DNA from: Felis catus
Lineage: Eukaryota
Reading direction: 5' to 3'
Assembly (NCBI RefSeq): GCF_018350175.1
Contig: NC_058369.1
Location: 162,378,001-162,442,000 of the forward strand
DNA: 64,000 nt
The notes under the pieces are model-generated. The model was not told the DNA's origin. It saw nothing but the letters and a program-made list of their open reading frames with translations, and did no database searches. The position numbers and the translations under genes are program-made. Below, in pieces: positions 60,381 through 64,000 of the stretch. The stretch's first letter is position 1, and each line of letters starts with the position of its first letter.

Positions 60381-63300
60381 CAGACGAATTATTATTCCAT
60401 GTACATGATATTGGGTTGGGCAGGTGCACAGGTCAAACAGAAGGGCCCCTAACTGAGGGTGGCATACCCTGAAAGGCTTCTAAGTCCAAGTGATCCCTGA
60501 TCTAGGCTGGGCAGAGAAGTGCTGGGCAAGAGTGTTCCAAGACTGGTCATGGGCGAGCCAAGATGCTACAAGGTCAGGGAGTCACATGTTGGGACAATAG
60601 GGAGCTGGGAGGCAGTGAGGAGAGGTGAGCAGAGGCCAGGCTCTAAATGGTGTTGCCAAGACATTTTTAGCTGAACCTGCAAGTGGTGGGGACCCACTGG
60701 AATATTTTAAGCAAAGTAGTAACCTGTCCTCACTGTAATTTTAGGTAAAGTTTTTGAGTTCTGGGTGCTGAATGGATTGGAGGGGCAAGAGAAGCTATAA
60801 AATTATAAAGCTACAGTCTTTGGGCAAGAAAAGGGAGGCCTGACTGAGGTGGGGCTGTAGCATCTTGCAGGCACTGAAAATAGCATTAGTACAACTTCGT
60901 GACCGATGCATTGGGACAGTTGCACTTTGTGGTAGTGACACGTGGCCGTGGTGTTGGGAGGCCTGATGAAGACCCTTTGTCCCCGCTGGAGAGACAAGGG
61001 CTACCCGGGACAAAGTGCAGAACTTCATGGAGGTGGTCTGACCCATGCACTTGCCCCCTAGTGAGGGTTAAGCTGAGGAATCCAAGATTTCCTAGCGCAG
61101 GGGTGGCTGGGAGGGAAGAGTGTGGTTGGGGTGTGCAGAAGGAGACCTTAGGTCTAACTCTTTGAGGCAAGGGGTGTCACCTCAGGGCTTTGCTTTCTTC
61201 ATCTGACGAGTGGGGTGGCACTCCTTGCCCTTTCCAAGCTCTTTTGAATGAAGCAGGGGGTGCGGAAAGGTGTTTATAAATGGAATTGTGGCATCTGTTC
61301 AAAGTGTTGTTAGCAGTCAGTTTCATCCCTTGCCTTCAGATCACGTGACGGGGGTCCCCAGGCCCTGGCAGCCTCCTGAGTCTTGGACTTGGGGCTGAGG
61401 GATCTCCTCTAAAGGGAGATGGGTGAACAGAGACTGGGGCTGTGAATGCCACAGGTGAGGGACAGGCAGGGGGGCAGGGAGGCGGGGGTGGGGCAGTCCC
61501 TGCAAAGGTGCCAATGTTGGGCAGGTGAGGGCAGAGGTCCTGGAAGGAGGGCCCTCTGAGACTGGCCTGGGGTGAAATCCTGGACCTTGGGGAGGTGGGC
61601 AGGCATGAGAGGATAAGGCAGCTGCCTGGGCTGTCTGTGGACCTGGTTCCCTGGGAATGCTGCCGGAAGGAACCTGAAGTCACTGAACGGGGCTGTTCTT
61701 ACCAGGGCAACCCTCAGGTGCAGTTCTTACAATGTGGAAGGCAGGGAGGGGGTGAAGGCAATGAAGTGACCTAAAAATAATTTGTCTTGCACGTTGTGAA
61801 GATTCTTCAGAGTCTTTCATACTGTTTTTCCTCCTTGCTTGATTCAACAGTTCTATACACAGGAACAGGTGTTCTTGTTTTCCAGATAACCATTTAATAA
61901 TTTCTGTGGCATCGTGGCCCGCCCTTTCCCCTTGCTCCCCACCTCTGACCCCTCTTCTAGGACTGAGGACCCTGTGTTTGGGAGACTGAGGTCTGAAGAT
62001 GCTGGAGTAGAAGCAGGAGAAGGGGCGGGGGTTGGAAGAAGGTGCGTGGGGCACCCACACTGGACCCGGGGCTGAGTGAGATCTGAGGAAGACGGAGTGG
62101 AGGCCCAGGAGGGGCTGGGGAGTCCCGTGGGAGTCACAGAAGGATGTTGAGCATGCTCACGTCGGGGTGTGGGATGGAGGTGGGCCTCTAGGTGGTGGAG
62201 GAGATACCTCCCTGGTCTGAGCTGGGACCTCTGGGCCTGCTTGTCTGTCTATGGGCCCTGGGGCCATGTAAGGTAGGAAGCAGGTGTCCTGGGGCCCTGA
62301 GAGCAGTTGGGCTGTGTTTCTGTTAAGATTTTAAATCCACTGTTTTGTGTGTCCTCCTTGGTCATAAACTCTGGATGAGAGGAAGGTGGGAATTCTGGTA
62401 TTCAGGGGCCTGAAACCTGGAGAGAGCTGACTATCCAGAGGCCAGCCAGGACACAACCCCAGGGTGCCGGCCTTGTACAGGAGTGGCATTTGTAGGACTG
62501 GCCTTGGGGGAGGGCCCAGTGGCTTTGGAACAGGTCCTGGGAGACAGGCTCCACCGACACCCTGCCCACAACAGAGCTGAAGCTTTGAGCCTCAGACCAG
62601 CAGAAGCATCCAAGGCTTCTAGTCCAGTCCTCCTACCTGGCACTTAGCAACTCCAGCTCCCAGCCCTGCCTTCCTTACCACTGCCCCTACCCTGTTAGGC
62701 ACCCGCACCCGGCCCACAGGAGCCTCTCCTCCCCCAGAGCCGCTGAGGGTCCAGTGACCTGCCGTACATGGAGCTGTGCGCGGCCTTGAGGTAGTCCCGA
62801 CAGTAAAATCCGGGCACACCCGCTTCCTCCCGCCAGGCCCGCTCACGCTGGTGAGCAGGGTTGGGGGTGACTGAGTGGGCGTCGGAGGCCTCTGAAGATT
62901 CTGAAGCAGCTGGAGGAGTAAAGGTTTAGGAAGAGTGAGTGGCAGTGGCCCTTTGGAGAGGGCTGAGGGAGTGGGGAGTGGGTTGTTCTCAGTCCCTGGG
63001 AATGGAAGAGAGAGAGAGAGAGAGAGACCGCTGGCGTGTAGGCTTCGGGTAGCTTATGTAGTGTTCCTGCAGCTTTGTCTCATTCGGTGCTCGAGACAAA
63101 CCTGGGGAGCAGGCCTTTCAGTCACCTTCACCTTAGGAACCTGAGGCCGAGAGGCAAAGTGGCTTACCAAGGACAGGTGGTTTAGGACTCAGGGCCCTGA
63201 TCCCCAGTCTGGGCGTGACATGGGCCCGATGTGAGAGACCGGGTCCTGAGAAGAGGGGCAGGCTTTGGGAGCAGACCCGGCCAAGGGGCCAGCCGTGTGG

Positions 63301-64000
63301 GGCTCAGGGTCGCAGGGGAAGGGTTTGCTGCTTCCTCTTGGGCTAGACCCCCTGCAGGACTGGCCCTGGGAGGGGGCTTTTGCTGCTCTGGGCTTGCTGA
63401 CCCCAGTGCTCCCATCTGTGGCTTCCTGGGTGGATCCGACTTCTCCCCAGCCAGCGACAGCCTGGCTGACCTCATCCCGTCCCTTCCCCCAGCGCAGGTG
63501 ACCTAACAGGTGGCGGTCCTCCATCATGCTACCGTCTCCCTGAGATCCCTTTCTCAAGCAGTGGGCAGTTGGGAGGATCGTGAACGTGCGAGGATACTCG
63601 TGTCCTGCAAAGATCCACATTTCCACTTTCACGAGCACGCCGTGCCCTGCTTATGTGGTTCGCCCTGGCGCACGCTGGTCTGTGTGGGTCTGCAGGTGTA
63701 TCTCTGGGTTTCTAAACACCTCGGTTTCATCGTACTTTGCATATAGTTTTGCAACTATGATCTCAGGGATGAGAGTCTCCATATTGTATTTGTGCACCTT
63801 TGGACTTTTGTTTACACAGCTGTGTTAGATGTTAGATACGGTGGTTTCTGGATGTGTTTGTGTGTACATTTAGTGTTCATATCAGCTTCTTCTCGGATGC
63901 CTGTGATTGCCGTATGGTAGATGAAAACATCCACTGATATTGGCTGAAATTGGATTCCCAGGCAAAAAAACATCATCAACTTGTCCTGAGATCGTGGTCA

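Overview
Mammalian genomic DNA, almost certainly felid (many cat-type Can-SINEs), syntenic with human 7q36.1. Gene order is ZNF862 (3' part, +), ATP6V0E2 (+), LRRC61 (+), RARRES2/chemerin (-), REPIN1 (+) and a CpG island that is probably the ZNF775 promoter. The last 5'UTR intron of LRRC61 carries a full-length, intronless hAT-transposase-derived gene (ZBED6CL/ZBED10). This ~1076-aa ORF (BED finger + catalytically dead hAT core + hATC) is the main highlight. As I recall, the human orthologue is only a ~236-aa C-terminal remnant/pseudogene. It lies on the same strand as LRRC61 and apparently shares its promoter, an arrangement like ZBED6/ZC3H11A. About 22 kb upstream, a second domesticated hAT (ZNF862) keeps its DDE triad. 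Gene names come from recognising the translated proteins from memory; no database search was run. The window has three assembly gaps.
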